NCBI GenBank assembly: GCA_963801815.1
Contig: CAWDGJ010000006.1
Coordinates: 94,416 to 158,415, forward strand
From: an uncultured Verrucomicrobiae bacterium
GTDB taxonomy: Bacteria; Verrucomicrobiota; Verrucomicrobiia; Chthoniobacterales; UBA10450
DNA: 64,000 bases
Reading direction: 5' to 3'
Below the pieces are notes generated by a model that saw only the letters and a list, made by a program, of their open reading frames with translations, was not told the origin of the DNA and ran no database searches. Below are positions 10,135 to 21,551 of the stretch, piece after piece. A program made the position numbers and the translations under genes. Every line of letters begins with the position of its first letter. Within the stretch, counting starts at the first letter, position 1.

Positions 10135-10225
10135 GTTGCTAGCGGCGATTACGCACCCTGCTAGAGCGCCAATAGGTACCCGCTTCTAGGTTGCCGCACA
10201 GCGGCATGGCTGAGGTCAATCGCCC

Positions 10226-11220
10226 CTACCTGGACTTACTCAGTAGCTTCATCATCGTTTCCGGATAACGCGAGCCGGAGAAAGCGTCCCGCGGCGCGAC
10301 TTCGTCGATTCGTTCGAGATCTTGTTTGGTGAGAGCGACATCGAGCGCGCCGACGTTCTCCTGTAAATATTTTCGGCGTTTTGTTCCGGGGATTGGCACG
10401 ATGTCCGGGCCCTGGGCGAGGACCCAGGCCAGCGCGAGCTGGGCCGGTGTGCATCGCTTTTCGCGCGCAATTTCTTCGACCCGCTTCACGATCTCGAGGT
10501 TGCGCTGAAAATTTTCGCCCTGAAAGCGCGGCGTGGTTCGCCGGTAATCGTCTTGAGGGATATCCTCCGGTTTTTGAATCTTGCCGGTCAGGAAACCGCG
10601 GCCCAGCGGACTGTAAGGCACGAAACCAATGCCAAGTTCGCGACACGTTGGTAGAATTTCCGGTTCGGGATCGCGCGTCCAAAGCGAATACTCCGATTGC
10701 AAAGCCGTGATCGGATGAACGGCGTGCGCGCGTCGAATTGCATCGGCGCTTGCTTCAGACAGTCCGAGAAATCGCACTTTGCCCTGTCGCACCAGTTCGG
10801 CCATCGCACCGATTGTCTCTTCGATCGGCGTGTCCGGATCGACGCGATGCTGGTAATAGAGATCGATGCACTCGATCCCGAGGCGGCGCAGACTTCCTTC
10901 ACATGATTGCTTCACGTAATCGGGTTTGCCGCTGATGCCGCGGAACTCCGCCTTCTCCGGATCGCGCAGGATTCCGAACTTGGTCGCAATGACAACCCGT
11001 TCGCGGTGGCCCTTGAGCGCGCGGCCAACGAATTCTTCGTTGGTGTGTGGCCCGTAAACGTCGGCCGTGTCGAAGAAAGTGATTCCGAGTTCGAGCGCGC
11101 GATGAATCGTTGCCAGCGATTCCTCGTCGTTGCGATCGCCGTAGAAATCGGACATGCCCATGCAACCGAGGCCGATTGCTGAGACACAGGACCGCCTCGA
11201 CCGAGCTTACGTTGTTTCAT
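10226..11220 (-). CDS. aldo/keto reductase (frameshift near 11180)
   Basis: [23 protein letters not shown] and PIPGTKR motifs. Confidence 0.9.
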
Positions 11221-11252
11221 AGGACGACTTTAGGAAAGGTCTCAGAAGTCTC

Positions 11253-11301
11253 CAAATCCCAAATCCCAAATCCCAAATCCCAAATCCCAAATCCCAAATC
11301 C
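11253..11301. repeat. (CAAATCC)7 heptamer tandem repeat
   Basis: Seven perfect copies read directly from the sequence. Confidence 0.95.
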
Positions 11302-11570
11302 CAAGCAGGCTCCAAAGCTTCAAACCTTAAACGAAGCTCCAAATCTTAAATCTGGAAAACAAAACCCAAGATCTAAAACCCGAATCCCAAACAAGGTTCA
11401 AAGCTGCAAACATCAAATGAATTTTTAAATCTTGGACCACATGTTCTCGATGATTCCGAATTCACCCTTTCGTTTGGTTTTTGCAGGTTTCCGTTTCCGA
11501 TTTTTGATATTCCTTGGGTTTTGGAATTTGGAACTTGGGATTTCCGACGGCCGACTCCCGTCGGCGTCGG

Positions 11571-12472
11571 TTATATTTGTCCAATCCAGGTCCGGGGCGC
11601 GCATTCTTCCCACCGCTCGCGGATCGCCTCGAATTCCGTCTTCGTTCAACGGACCCGCTTCAAGTAATCGCGCGTTTTCTCGCCAGCGGGCCGGCTTTTT
11701 TGTGCCAACGATTGCTGTGTGAACGCCCGGCACGCTCAACGTGAACCGTAACGCGGTCGAAATGCTCTTGTTCATGTCCCCGCGCAGAAAATTGTAATTC
11801 AGTTTCCGTAATCGTTCCCAATATTCGTGGTGATAGGAATCGATCGGGCGGTGACCGGTTTTCCAGGCAGCGTTGGCGATTGGTCGCTTGGCGATCACGC
11901 CCATCTGTTTCTCGCGGGCCAGCGGCAAGGTGAGATCGATCGCTTCCTGATCGGCGATGTTGATGGAAGATTGGAGCGTGTCGAATGCGCCGCATTCCAC
12001 CGCAAAATGCGCGGCGTGACTGTCGCCGCTGTAACCGATGTAACGAGTGTAGCCTTTGTCGCGAGCGGTTTGGAGCGCGTCGATGACTTCACCCTTGCGT
12101 CAATTCTGCTTCCGAGCAGCTGTGTAATTGCAACAAATCGAGCCTATCGGTCTTCAATCGCTTCAAACTGCGCTCAGCGCTTTCCAGAATGGAACCCTTC
12201 GACCAGTTCGCGCCGCTTTCCATTCCATGCGGATGACCGCATTTGGTGAAAAGGTAAAAATCTTTGCGTCGATTACTGACCGCCTGGCCGATCAATTCCT
12301 CGCTGTTGTAATAACATTCGGCGGTATCGATCACATTCAGACCGGCATCGAGTGCGCTGTTCAACAACTCAGCAACGGTTTCCGCCGATGCACGCTCGTA
12401 ACCAATCTCGGAGCCGCCGAAGCCGAGAACGGAAACTTCCATGTCGGTTTTACCAAGGCGCCGTTTTTCCAT
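11571..12472 (-). CDS. aldo/keto reductase (several frameshifts)
   Basis: [24 protein letters not shown] and [10 protein letters not shown] split over frames. Confidence 0.85.
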
Positions 12473-12490
12473 CTTCTTTGACGCTTTGTT

Positions 12491-12552
12491 GTAGGGGCGT
12501 TTGTGTCAAACGCCCAATTAAATAAACAGGCGCTTGGCACAAGCGCCTCTAC
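12491..12552. repeat. GTAG-type REP doublet (REPIN-like)
   Basis: GTAG-GGGCGTTTGTGTCAAACGCCC...GGCGCTTGGCACAAGCGCCT-CTAC; inverted near-copy at 41786-41846. Confidence 0.8.
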
Positions 12553-12556
12553 AACT

Positions 12557-13556
12557 TCAAAAAATCAGGCGCGTTTTCCCGCTGCCACGTTCGATTCGGC
12601 CGATCCTTTTCGCGCGCAAAATCGAAATTGCCCATTTCGCGTCGCGTTCGGCGACGATTACGACCATGCCGATGCCCATGTTGAACACCTGAAACATTTC
12701 GGCGCGATCGATCTTTCCGTTCTGCTGCAGTACCTGGAAGATGCGCGGGAACACGCCACGATTTCGTTTCGATTCTGGCGTCGCAATTTTTCGGCAGGAC
12801 ACGCGGCAAGTTGTCGATCAAACCGCCGCCAGTGATGTGGGCAAGACCCTTGATCATTCCGCCGGGTGCTTTCGCGAGCAGCGGCTGATAATTTTTGTGC
12901 ACGCGCAACAGTTCTTTCCCGATCTTACGCGGACTCAATCGCATCTTTTCGAACAGAATTTTTCGCGCGAGCGAATAGCCGTTGGTGTGCAGGCCATTCG
13001 AGGGAAGGCCGAGAATTACGTCGCCGGGTTTGATTCTGCGGCCGTCGATCATCTTCGAACGATCGACCACGCCGACGATGCAACCGGCGAGATCGTATTC
13101 GCCTTTGCGATACATTCCTGGCATTTGCGCGGTTTCGCCGCCGATCAACGCGCATTTCGCCGCGCGGCAGGCGCTTGAGAATCCGCGAAGCAGTTGGTCG
13201 AACACGCGCGGCTCGAGTTTTTCGCAACCGATGTAATCGAGAAAAAACAGCGGCCGCGCGCCGAGAACGGCGATGTCGTTGACGCAATGATTCACCAGAT
13301 CTGCGCCGACGGTGTCGTGTTTGTTCAGCGCGAACGCGATTTTCAATTTCGTGCCGACGCCGTCGATGCTTGCGACCAGGACCGGATCACGCATTCCGGG
13401 GAAATTTGCGCGAAACAAACCGCCGAACCCGCCGATCTTGCCGAGCACTTGCGGCCCGTGCGTTCGTTTGACGAGCGACTGGATGCGGCGCTTGAGCCGA
13501 TTGCCGAGATCGACATCGACGCCGGCGCGGGCGTAAGCTTTTTTCCGTTTTGTCAT
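12557..13556 (-). CDS. purM: phosphoribosylformylglycinamidine cyclo-ligase (frameshift near 12745)
   Basis: YARAGVD, GGFGG, DGVGTKL, GGETAQMPG, HITGGG and FNMGIGM motifs. Confidence 0.93.
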
Positions 13557-13627
13557 TTGCTGTAGGGCGAAGCTGTCAGCTTCCCGATCGGGAAGGTCAG
13601 ATCGCCTTCTCTCCTTGACATTCGTTT

Positions 13628-15128
13628 TCATTTCAGATCCGCGAACAACGATCGGATGGCGCTCCTGCTCGACGAGCGCTTTGGCGCGGTGCTTCGCGTT
13701 TTTCCATGATGAACTTGTCGAGCGCGGGATCGACCGGGAGCGGATAATCGCCGGTGAAACAGGCGAGACAGAATTCGATTCATCGGCCGGCCGGTCGCGC
13801 GCACCATTCCTTCCACGCTGAGATAGCCGAGGCTGTCGACGCCCAGATATTTCCGGATTTCTTCCATCGACATCTGGTTCGCGATCAACTTTTGCGGATC
13901 GGGAAAATCGATGCCGTAATGACAGGCGAACCGGTGCGGCGGACAACTCACGCGCATGTGCACTTCTTTCGCGCCGGCTTCGCGCAGATTCACTACTCGC
14001 GCGCGCGCGGTCGTGCCGCGCACGATCGAATCATCGACGACGACGACGCGCTTTCCTGCGACCATCTCCTTGATCAAATTCAGTTTCACTCGCACGTCGA
14101 AATCGCGGATGAGCTGGCTTGGCTGCAAAAACGTTCGACCGATGTAGTGATTGCGGACAAAGGCATGCTCGAACGGAATCTTGAGTTCCTCGGCGAAGCC
14201 GAGCGCGGCGTAGTTGCCCGAGTCCGGCACCGGCACGACGATGTCGGCTTCGACGGGAAATTGGCGCGCCAGCTCGCGACCCATTTCGGTCCGGACTTTG
14301 CCGACGGTTACGCCGCCGATTTTGCTGTCCGGCCGCGCGAAATAAACATATTCGAACATGCAAAACGCCGGCTGCTGCGGTTGGAACGGAAACTCCGAGC
14401 GAATCCCGTGTTCATCGATGATCAGAACTTCGCCCGGCTGCACGTCGCGGACGAATTCGGCGTGAATGAGGTCGAAGCGCGCAGGTTTCCGAAGCGAGAA
14501 TGTAAGCGCCGTCGAGTTTGCCGAGCGAGAGCGGGCGCCAGCCGAACGGATCGCGCACCGCGATCAGCTCGCGCTCGGTCATGATCAAGAGCGAAAAGGC
14601 GCCCTGGATTCGCCGCAACGGCGCCAGCGCGCTGCTGCCGTTGTCCATGCGGTTGCGCGAGCAGATGCAAAATGATTTCGCGTGTCGGCGGTGGTTTGAA
14701 AAATCGAACCTTTGCGCTCGAGTTCGTCGCGCAGGACATCGGCATTGATCAGGTTGCCGTTATGCGCGATTGCCATTTGGCCGCGCACGCAATCGACCAC
14801 CAACGGTTGCGCGTTCTTGATCGTGCTGGTGCCGGTGGTCGAATAGCGGGTGTGTCCGATCGCCCGCCTGCCCTTCAGTTGCTCCAGCTCGGCTTGACCG
14901 AACACCTGCGAGACCAGTCCCATCCCTTTGTGAATCAGAAACGATGTGCCCGGCCCGTTGCTGGTGACGATGCCCGCGCTTTCCTGACCGCGATGTTGGA
15001 GCGCGAACAGTCCGTAGTAGGTCAGCACCGCCGCGTTTGGATGGCCGAAACACGCCGAACAGACCGCACTCGTGCTGCGGGTAAATCTCTCTCTCTTGGA
15101 GATAGGCGTCTTGTTCTGGAGAAATCAC
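13628..15128 (-). CDS. purF: amidophosphoribosyltransferase (several frameshifts)
   Basis: [33 protein letters not shown] and [12 protein letters not shown] motifs. Confidence 0.93.
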
Positions 15129-15247
15129 ACGAAAACTTCCATGAAATGACGGCCGAATCAACCGGCCGTCGTCCCGGGCCCTTCGATTTTGCTCAGGACA
15201 GGCTCCGCTCAGCGGGGTCGATGGGTCTTGCTTTGCGGACATTCGGA

Positions 15248-16060
15248 TTACGCTTTCATCGCCTGCCACACAATTGCCCGCATGGTGCTTTCTAGCGGCT
15301 CCGCGCCGAAGCGCCCAGAAAGCTTTTTTGCCACTGCATCGATCAGCCGGTTGGGATCGACCCCGCGCTCGGCGGCTTCGGTGCCCACGGGATTTCCGCG
15401 CACGAGTCCGTTCGCGAATTCTTTGGCCGAATTCACCCGACAGGATTTCGTTTCCTCGAACGACTCGACCTTGTCGAAGCCGGCATTTTGCAAAAGTTCG
15501 CGGATCACTTTGGAATCGTGAAGGCTGAACGGGATTTCGTAAAACCTTGGCGGATCGTGATCGAAGAACGACGCGATTGTGGTGTGGGTAATTTGTGCAA
15601 ACGGATTCGCGTCGAACGAGTCCCAAACATTGAATAAAAACGTGCCGCCGGATTTTAAAACGCGATGGGCTTCGCGCATCGCGGCCGCTTTATCTGGAAC
15701 GAACATGTAACCGAACTGGCAGACGACCGCGCCGAATGAATCATCCGGAAACGGCAGGGCCGATGCGTCGGCTTGCTGCCAGCGAACATTTTCGCCGGTC
15801 CGGAATTTCCGCCGGGCAAATTCGAACATGTCGGGATTCAAATCGGTCGCGACAATCTCCACTTCCGCGGGCAACGCGTCGCGAAATCGGCGCGTTACAA
15901 TTCCAGTGCCGCAGGCAATTTCGAGAACGCGGTAGGGTTTCCTGGTATTCAGCCGTGAAGCCAGATCCTCGGCGTAGGGTTCGAAGATAACCGGTCCGAG
16001 GTAGCGATCGTAATTTTCCGGGATGTCTCCCGCGAACACGACATTGCGATCCCGCTCCAT
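15248..16060 (-). CDS. class I SAM-dependent methyltransferase
   Basis: VLEIACGTG, ADASALPF and LKSGG motifs. Confidence 0.9.
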   Translation of the reverse strand: MERDRNVVFAGDIPENYDRYLGPVIFEPYAEDLASRLNTRKPYRVLEIACGTGIVTRRFRDALPAEVEIVATDLNPDMFEFARRKFRTGENVRWQQADASALPFPDDSFGAVVCQFGYMFVPDKAAAMREAHRVLKSGGTFLFNVWDSFDANPFAQITHTTIASFFDHDPPRFYEIPFSLHDSKVIRELLQNAGFDKVESFEETKSCRVNSAKEFANGLVRGNPVGTEAAERGVDPNRLIDAVAKKLSGRFGAEPLESTMRAIVWQAMKA

Positions 16061-18421
16061 TTACAAACTCGGAATACCTTCCGCGCAGGAGTCGCTTTCG
16101 ACGAGGCGGCGGATCGAGTTCCACCAATCGTCGTAAAGATCGGCAATCGGCCATGCAAATTTTTGTTCCCCGACTTCGATGCGCAGTTGGTCGCCGCCGA
16201 CTTCACCGAGTCGCTGAAACGGAACGCCCGCGTTTTCCAACATCGAGATCGCCTTTTCGAAATTGTCCGGTGCCACCGAAATCACGATTCGTGACTGCGA
16301 TTCGTTGAAGAATGTTGTAGCCACGTCGCTATGCGACGTTTGTTCAGGACGGCCCACAGGGCCGTGGCTACACTCGATGTCAGCCCCGAGCGGGCCGGCG
16401 GGATTGAAACACGATTCCGCGATCGCCACCGCGAGTCCTCCTTCGCTGCAATCGTGTGCGCTCTTTGTGAAACCAGCGCGAATCAGGTCGCGCACCGCGG
16501 TTTGGACCTTAATTTCGTGATCAAGATCGACGCGCGGCGACGGGCCGAGTTTCTTGCCGTGGCAAACTTTTAGAAACCGCGAGCCCCCGAGTTCGTCGCC
16601 GATTTTGCCGACAAGAATGATTTCGTCGCCGGCATTTTTGAACCATTGCGTCGTGATGTGCGCTTCTTTCTGGATCAGTCCAACCATGCCGATGGTCGGG
16701 GTAGGGTCGACCACGCCGGCGGGGCTCTCATTATATAGAGAGACGTTTCCCCCGGTCACCGGTGTCTCGAACGCCCGACAGGCCTCGGCCGCGCCTTCGA
16801 CCGCTTCGCGCAGCTGCCAGAAGTTTTCCGGCTTGTAGGGATTGCCGAAGTTCAGGTTGTCGGTCACAGCGAGTGGTATTGCGCCGGAACAGATGAGATT
16901 TCGCGCCGCTTCCGCGACTGCGATCTTCGCGCCTTCGCGCGGATCCAGCGCGCAGTAGAGCGAATTGCAATCGCTCGTCGCCGCCAAAATCTTGTTGGCG
17001 TATTTCACGTGAAACACAGCGGCGTCGGAGCCCGGCTTCACCACAGTGCCGGTGCGAACGGTGTGATCGTACTGCCGATAAACCCAGTTCTTCGACGCGA
17101 TGTTCGGATCACGGAGAAGTTGTCGCATCGCTTCCTGATTGTCGATCTTCGGCAACGTTACCGGATCGACAATGTCTCGACGTGAAGGTGGTTCGACTTC
17201 GCGCGAATAGAGTGGCGCTTCGTCCGCCAGCGGTTTCGCCGGAATTTCCGCGGCCACGCTCCCATTGTTGCGCACGCGCATCATGCCGTCATCGGTCACG
17301 CGACCGATCTCCGCCCATGGCACGTCCCATTTGTCGAAAATTTCGCGAACGATTTTTTCTTTTCCGCGCTTGGCGATGATCAACATCCGCTCCTGCGATT
17401 CGCTGAGCAGAATCTCGTACGGCGTCATGCCCGGTTCGCGTTTCGGAACTTTCGCGAGATCGATTTCGATTCCGCTGCCGCCACGGCTCGCCGTTTCACA
17501 GGTTGAGCAGGTCAGACCGGCCGCGCCCATGTCTTGAATTCCGGCAACTGCGTCGCTGGCCAGGAGTTCGAGGCACGCTTCGAGCAAAAGCTTTTCCTTG
17601 AACGGATCGCCTACTTGGACCGCGGGCCGATCTTCCTTCGATTCCTCGGTCAGCTCTCGCGACGCGAATGCCGCGCCGGCGAGACCGTCGCGACCGGTTT
17701 CCGCGCCGACGTAGAAAACGGGATTGCCCACTCCGCGGGCAGCGCCGCGTGCGAGTTGATCGTGTCGCAGCACCCCGAGACAGAAAACATTCACCAGAGG
17801 ATTGCCCTCAAAACTTTCATCGAAATAGATTTCGCCACCGATCGTCGGAATGCCGATGCAGTTTCCGTAATGGGCGATGCCCGAAACGACGCCCGCGAAA
17901 AGGCGCCTGTTGGCGGCGATTTGTTTTTGTCGATCTTCTGTGGCGGCAGGCGTCTCGCCTGCGCAGCCGGGACGGCTGCCTCCACAGTCTTCTGCTATCA
18001 GTCCAAACCGTAGCGAGTTGAGACAAAACTCGGGGCGCGCGCCCATTGTGAAAATGTCGCGAATGATTCCGCCGACTCCGGTCGCCGCCCCTTGGAAGGG
18101 TTCGATCGCGCTCGGGTGATTGTGGCTTTCCATCTTGAACGCGATCGCCCAGCCATCACCAATATCGACCACGCCGGCGTTTTCCTCGCCGGCTTTCACC
18201 AGAATGTTCGGCCCGGTAGTTGGAAATTTTTTCAGCTCCAGCCGTGAATTTTTGTAGGAGCAATGCTCACTCCACATCACCGAGAAAATTCCCAACTCAG
18301 TGAAATTCGGCTCCCGGCCCAGGATTTTCTTGATCCGCTCGAATTCTTCCGGCGTCAGGCCGTGTTTCGCCACCAGCTCCGGGGTTATTTTAGGATCGGT
18401 GGTCGGTGTGGCCTTGGTCAT
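16061..18421 (-). CDS. purL: phosphoribosylformylglycinamidine synthase subunit PurL
   Basis: [30 protein letters not shown] and SAHDCSEGG motifs. Confidence 0.97.
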   Translation of the reverse strand: MTKATPTTDPKITPELVAKHGLTPEEFERIKKILGREPNFTELGIFSVMWSEHCSYKNSRLELKKFPTTGPNILVKAGEENAGVVDIGDGWAIAFKMESHNHPSAIEPFQGAATGVGGIIRDIFTMGARPEFCLNSLRFGLIAEDCGGSRPGCAGETPAATEDRQKQIAANRRLFAGVVSGIAHYGNCIGIPTIGGEIYFDESFEGNPLVNVFCLGVLRHDQLARGAARGVGNPVFYVGAETGRDGLAGAAFASRELTEESKEDRPAVQVGDPFKEKLLLEACLELLASDAVAGIQDMGAAGLTCSTCETASRGGSGIEIDLAKVPKREPGMTPYEILLSESQERMLIIAKRGKEKIVREIFDKWDVPWAEIGRVTDDGMMRVRNNGSVAAEIPAKPLADEAPLYSREVEPPSRRDIVDPVTLPKIDNQEAMRQLLRDPNIASKNWVYRQYDHTVRTGTVVKPGSDAAVFHVKYANKILAATSDCNSLYCALDPREGAKIAVAEAARNLICSGAIPLAVTDNLNFGNPYKPENFWQLREAVEGAAEACRAFETPVTGGNVSLYNESPAGVVDPTPTIGMVGLIQKEAHITTQWFKNAGDEIILVGKIGDELGGSRFLKVCHGKKLGPSPRVDLDHEIKVQTAVRDLIRAGFTKSAHDCSEGGLAVAIAESCFNPAGPLGADIECSHGPVGRPEQTSHSDVATTFFNESQSRIVISVAPDNFEKAISMLENAGVPFQRLGEVGGDQLRIEVGEQKFAWPIADLYDDWWNSIRRLVESDSCAEGIPSL
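16316..16372. repeat. REP-like doublet inside purL (57 bp)
   Basis: TGTAGCCACG...CGTGGCTACA termini enclosing two hairpins. Confidence 0.75.
17939..17986. repeat. REP-like doublet inside purL (48 bp)
   Basis: TGTGGCGGCAGGCGTCTCGCCTGC / GCAGCCGGGACGGCTGCCTCCACA imperfect inverted pair. Confidence 0.75.
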
Positions 18422-18600
18422 CGACCCCGCACGTTAACTGAACGGGCGTGCCGCACAACTGGTTCACTCTTCCTTTTCCGCTTCGTCTTCGTCTGCTTTC
18501 GAGAACGAGACGAAGATTAAGACGACAGAGGTAGAGGAAGATTTAATCGAATACCGTGCCGCGGATCGAAGTCTAATTATATAAAGAGAAGGGAGTGAAT

Positions 18601-18789
18601 ATGAAACGCTATCTTGCAATTTTAGTCACGAGTGCCGTCGTGACATTGTTCTGCGTTCCGAATGTCGCCGCGTTTCCAGGCGAGCGAATGCCTTACCGCG
18701 CGGCGCATTTCGCCGGCAGAGTCGTTCAGAAAGTCGACAACCACGTGATTCATCCGGTGACGCACGGAATCGCGCGTCGTCTACGATAA
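18601..18789 (+). CDS. small secreted hypothetical protein
   Basis: GGAG RBS; signal peptide. Confidence 0.55.
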   Translation: MKRYLAILVTSAVVTLFCVPNVAAFPGERMPYRAAHFAGRVVQKVDNHVIHPVTHGIARRLR

Positions 18790-18904
18790 ATCCTTAGGAC
18801 CACTCGCTGTCGATACGGCTGGTTAACTGCCAGTCCGGCATCGGACTCGAATAATTTCCGCGCAACATCGGTCGAAGAAACGATAAACAAGACGGAGGGA
18901 ATAC

Positions 18905-19261
18905 ATGAAAAAAGTAATTATTGGATTGGTTTGCGCCTTGGTGGCGCCGCTAGCGTTCGCTCAGACGGGCATCACCGACAAGCGGACAACGACAACAACG
19001 ACGGAGGTACCGGCAACAACGACGACAACCAGTACGACATACACGACTGGCGCTGTTACAACGTATGAGCCGGGTAAAACGATCGTAGTCAGGGACGAGC
19101 ACGAAGGACCAGTTTCATTCGCGCTTCATGCGCCCGTGCGAATCGTTGATCACGCCGGACACGCGATCAGCCGAGCGCTGACGCCGAAGGATCACGTCCG
19201 GGTCTATTACACCGGCACCGGTGAAACCCGGGTGGTTGATCACGTCGAAGTGGAAGATTGA
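18905..19261 (+). CDS. secreted hypothetical protein, Thr-rich linker
   Basis: GGAGG RBS; signal peptide ending AFA. Confidence 0.75.
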   Translation: MKKVIIGLVCALVAPLAFAQTGITDKRTTTTTTEVPATTTTTSTTYTTGAVTTYEPGKTIVVRDEHEGPVSFALHAPVRIVDHAGHAISRALTPKDHVRVYYTGTGETRVVDHVEVED

Positions 19262-19262
19262 T

Positions 19263-19309
19263 GTGGGAGGGATTTAGCGTCCCGATCGCGGCACTGAGGC
19301 CGCTCCCAC
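19263..19309. repeat. GTGGGAG...CTCCCAC REP-like palindrome
   Basis: Terminal inverted repeat with internal hairpins. Confidence 0.55.
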
Positions 19310-19313
19310 TTTC

Positions 19314-19350
19314 AAAGAGCCGCGGAATCCAGGTATTCCGCGGCTCTTTT
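19314..19350 (+). terminator. rho-independent terminator
   Basis: AAAGAGCCGCGGAAT / ATTCCGCGGCTCTTT stem followed by a T run. Confidence 0.75.
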
Positions 19351-19383
19351 GTTTGATGAAACGCGTCCTCCGAATGCGCTCGC

Positions 19384-19475
19384 GTAGGTGGATCGAGCGC
19401 TCCGCCGCTCGATGTTAAAAAAATGTCGGCGTAGCCGAGTAACATTAACATCGCCCGCGGAGCGGCCGATCCACC
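19384..19475. repeat. REPIN-like element, family GGTGGATCG...CGATCCACC, copy 1
   Basis: About 90 bp multi-hairpin element; other copies at 19966-20073, 30794-30882 and 32302-32387. Confidence 0.85.
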
Positions 19476-19511
19476 TTGCCGCGCGCTGATGATTACTTCA
19501 CAGTCGTTGCA

Positions 19512-19969
19512 GTGCTGTATCGCGGGTTCCCCTCTAAGCTTTACCACGAAGTGCCCAGTTGGGTGGACGATGGGGCACTGTTCCATATTCGGATCGCGCT
19601 TGATCGAAATCTTGAGCAAGAACAGCTAACTGAACCGGCGGTTGGAAAACCAATTCTCGAGTCGGCGATATTCTATCACCGAAACGAGCGATGGTTTATT
19701 ACGCTATTCCTGTTAATGCCAGATCACTTGCACGCGCTCCTGTCATTCAGCAAGGATCGAGACATGAGCCGATCGGCGATTGGAAACATTTTCAAACGCA
19801 TGAGAACGGAGTGCAGTGGCAGGAAGGATATTTCGATCATCGGCTGCGCGACGACGAAAGAGGCGAGCAGTTTTCCATGAAGATGGACTACATTCGTGCT
19901 AATCCCGTTGCAGCCGGTTTATGTGCTAATTCCGAAGACTGGCCGTGGGTAATCGAGTCGCTTGCGTAG
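19512..19969 (+). mobile_element. REP-associated tyrosine transposase (RAYT/Y1, IS200-like), frameshift near 19770
   Basis: MPDHLHAL HUH motif, WQEGYFDHRLR, YIRANPVAAGL, DWPW; flanked by direct REPIN copies. Confidence 0.85.
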
Positions 19970-20073
19970 GTGGATCGAGCGCTCCGCCGCTCGATGGTGA
20001 AAATGTCGGCGTAGCCGAGTAACATTAACATCGCCCGCGGAGGTGCGAGCCGCACTGGCAGTTCCGATCCACC
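19966..20073. repeat. REPIN-like element, copy 2
   Basis: Near-identical to 19384-19475 with an extra small hairpin; its GTAG supplies the transposase stop. Confidence 0.85.
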
Positions 20074-20113
20074 AGTTGCGCGGCAACTATAAATCGCGGA
20101 CATTTTGCGCCTC

Positions 20114-21531
20114 ATGGGCTTCGATTTGAAAGAGATCATCGCCGCGCGTTTGGGCGAGAATTACCAGCTGCACGAGAAGCACTTGAATCGCACTCTGGTG
20201 CAGGCGCAGCGCGTCATCGGTTTCGACAAGGTCTACGCCCGCGCCGAGGGCGCTTATCTCTACGACATGGATAACACGCCGTATCTCGATTTCCTGAGCG
20301 GCTATAGCGTCTTCAACATTGGTCGCAATCATCCGCTGGTAAAGAAAGCGATTCGTGACGTTCTCGATCTCGATTTGCCGAACATGGTGCAGATGGATTG
20401 CTCGCTGCTGAGCGGTTTGCTTGCCGAAGCGATTACCAAACGCACGCCGCCGCATCTCGACGCGGTTTTCTTTTGTAACTCCGGCACCGAAGCGATGGAA
20501 GGCGCGATCAAGTTTGCCCGCGCCGCGACCGGACGGAAACGGATGATCTCATTGGCCAGCGCGTTCCACGGTTTGAGCGTCGGATCGCTCTCGTTGATGG
20601 GCTGCGAAAGTTTCACCGAAGGCTTCGGACCGTTGATGGAAGGATTCGATGCCCGCGTGCCGCTCGACGATGTCGATGAACTGGAACGGCAACTGCGTTC
20701 GCGCGATGTCGCGGCGTTTGTGATCGAAACCGTTCAAGGCAAGGGCTGCCAGACGACGCAAGACCGATTTCTTTCCGCGCGCTCAGGAGCTTTGCCGGAA
20801 ATACGGCACGCTGTTGATTTCCGATGAAGTCCAGACCGGACTCGGGCGCACCGGAAAAATGTTCGGGTTCCAGCATTGGAATCTTGGAACCGGACATCAT
20901 CACCCTCGCGAAAACATTGAGCGGCGGTTACGTCCCGTGCGGCGCGATCGTTACCCGGCGCGACATTTACCAGAAGACATTTTCGCGGATGGATCGATGC
21001 GTTGTTCATTCGACGACGTTCGGCCGCAACAATCTGGCGATGGCCTGCGGTTTAGCTTCGCTGGAAGTGATCGACAACGAAAACTTGGTCGAGCGTTCGG
21101 CGAAAATGGGCGCGTTGTTGATGGAGAAAGTCGAAGCGCTGAAGTCGAAGCATTCGTTCATCAAAGAGGTTCGCGGCAAAGGCTTGATGATCGGGATCGA
21201 GTTTCATGAGCCGAGCGAGTTCAAACTGAAGATGGCCTGGAAACTTTTGCACAAGATCGACAAGGTGCTGTTCGCGCAAATGATCGTGACCCAGATGTTG
21301 AGCAAGCATCGCATTCTGACGCAGGTCGCGGGTCACGCGATGGACGTGATGAAAATTCTGCCGCCGTTGATCATCGGTGAGAAAGAAGTCGACATGTTCG
21401 TCAACGCGCTCGATGACGTTTTATCAGAATGCCGCAAATTCCCCGGCCCGATGTGGGAGCTCGGCAACAACTTCGTCCGCGCCGCTCTCGGCTCTCGCAA
21501 ATCCGCCGAGCCCAAGCCCGTCTCGGCGTAA
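20114..21531 (+). CDS. hpnO: class III aminotransferase, HpnO-like (frameshifts near 20760-20890)
   Basis: YLDFLSGYSVFNIGRNHP, NSGTEA, DEVQTGLGRTG, LAKTLSGG; C-terminus typical of the hopanoid aminotransferase as recalled. Confidence 0.7.
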
Positions 21532-21551
21532 AATTTATGGAAATCCCCCCG

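Noticed and set aside
12549..12552. REP supplying the purM stop codon
   Set aside because: That stop belongs to the frameshifted reading; the homologous PurM C-terminus ends at 12557.
19512..19969. RAYT as the enzyme mobilising the cassettes
   Set aside because: It has its own distinct flanking REPINs, and the cassette junctions follow the IntI G/TT rule. Proximity alone is not evidence.
9249..21531. Mass pseudogenisation or programmed frameshifting of purM, purF, the AKRs and hpnO
   Set aside because: Single-base indels cluster regionally across unrelated conserved genes (also at 58-64 kb) while the protein sequence stays intact. Sequencing or assembly error is more likely; reads are needed to confirm.
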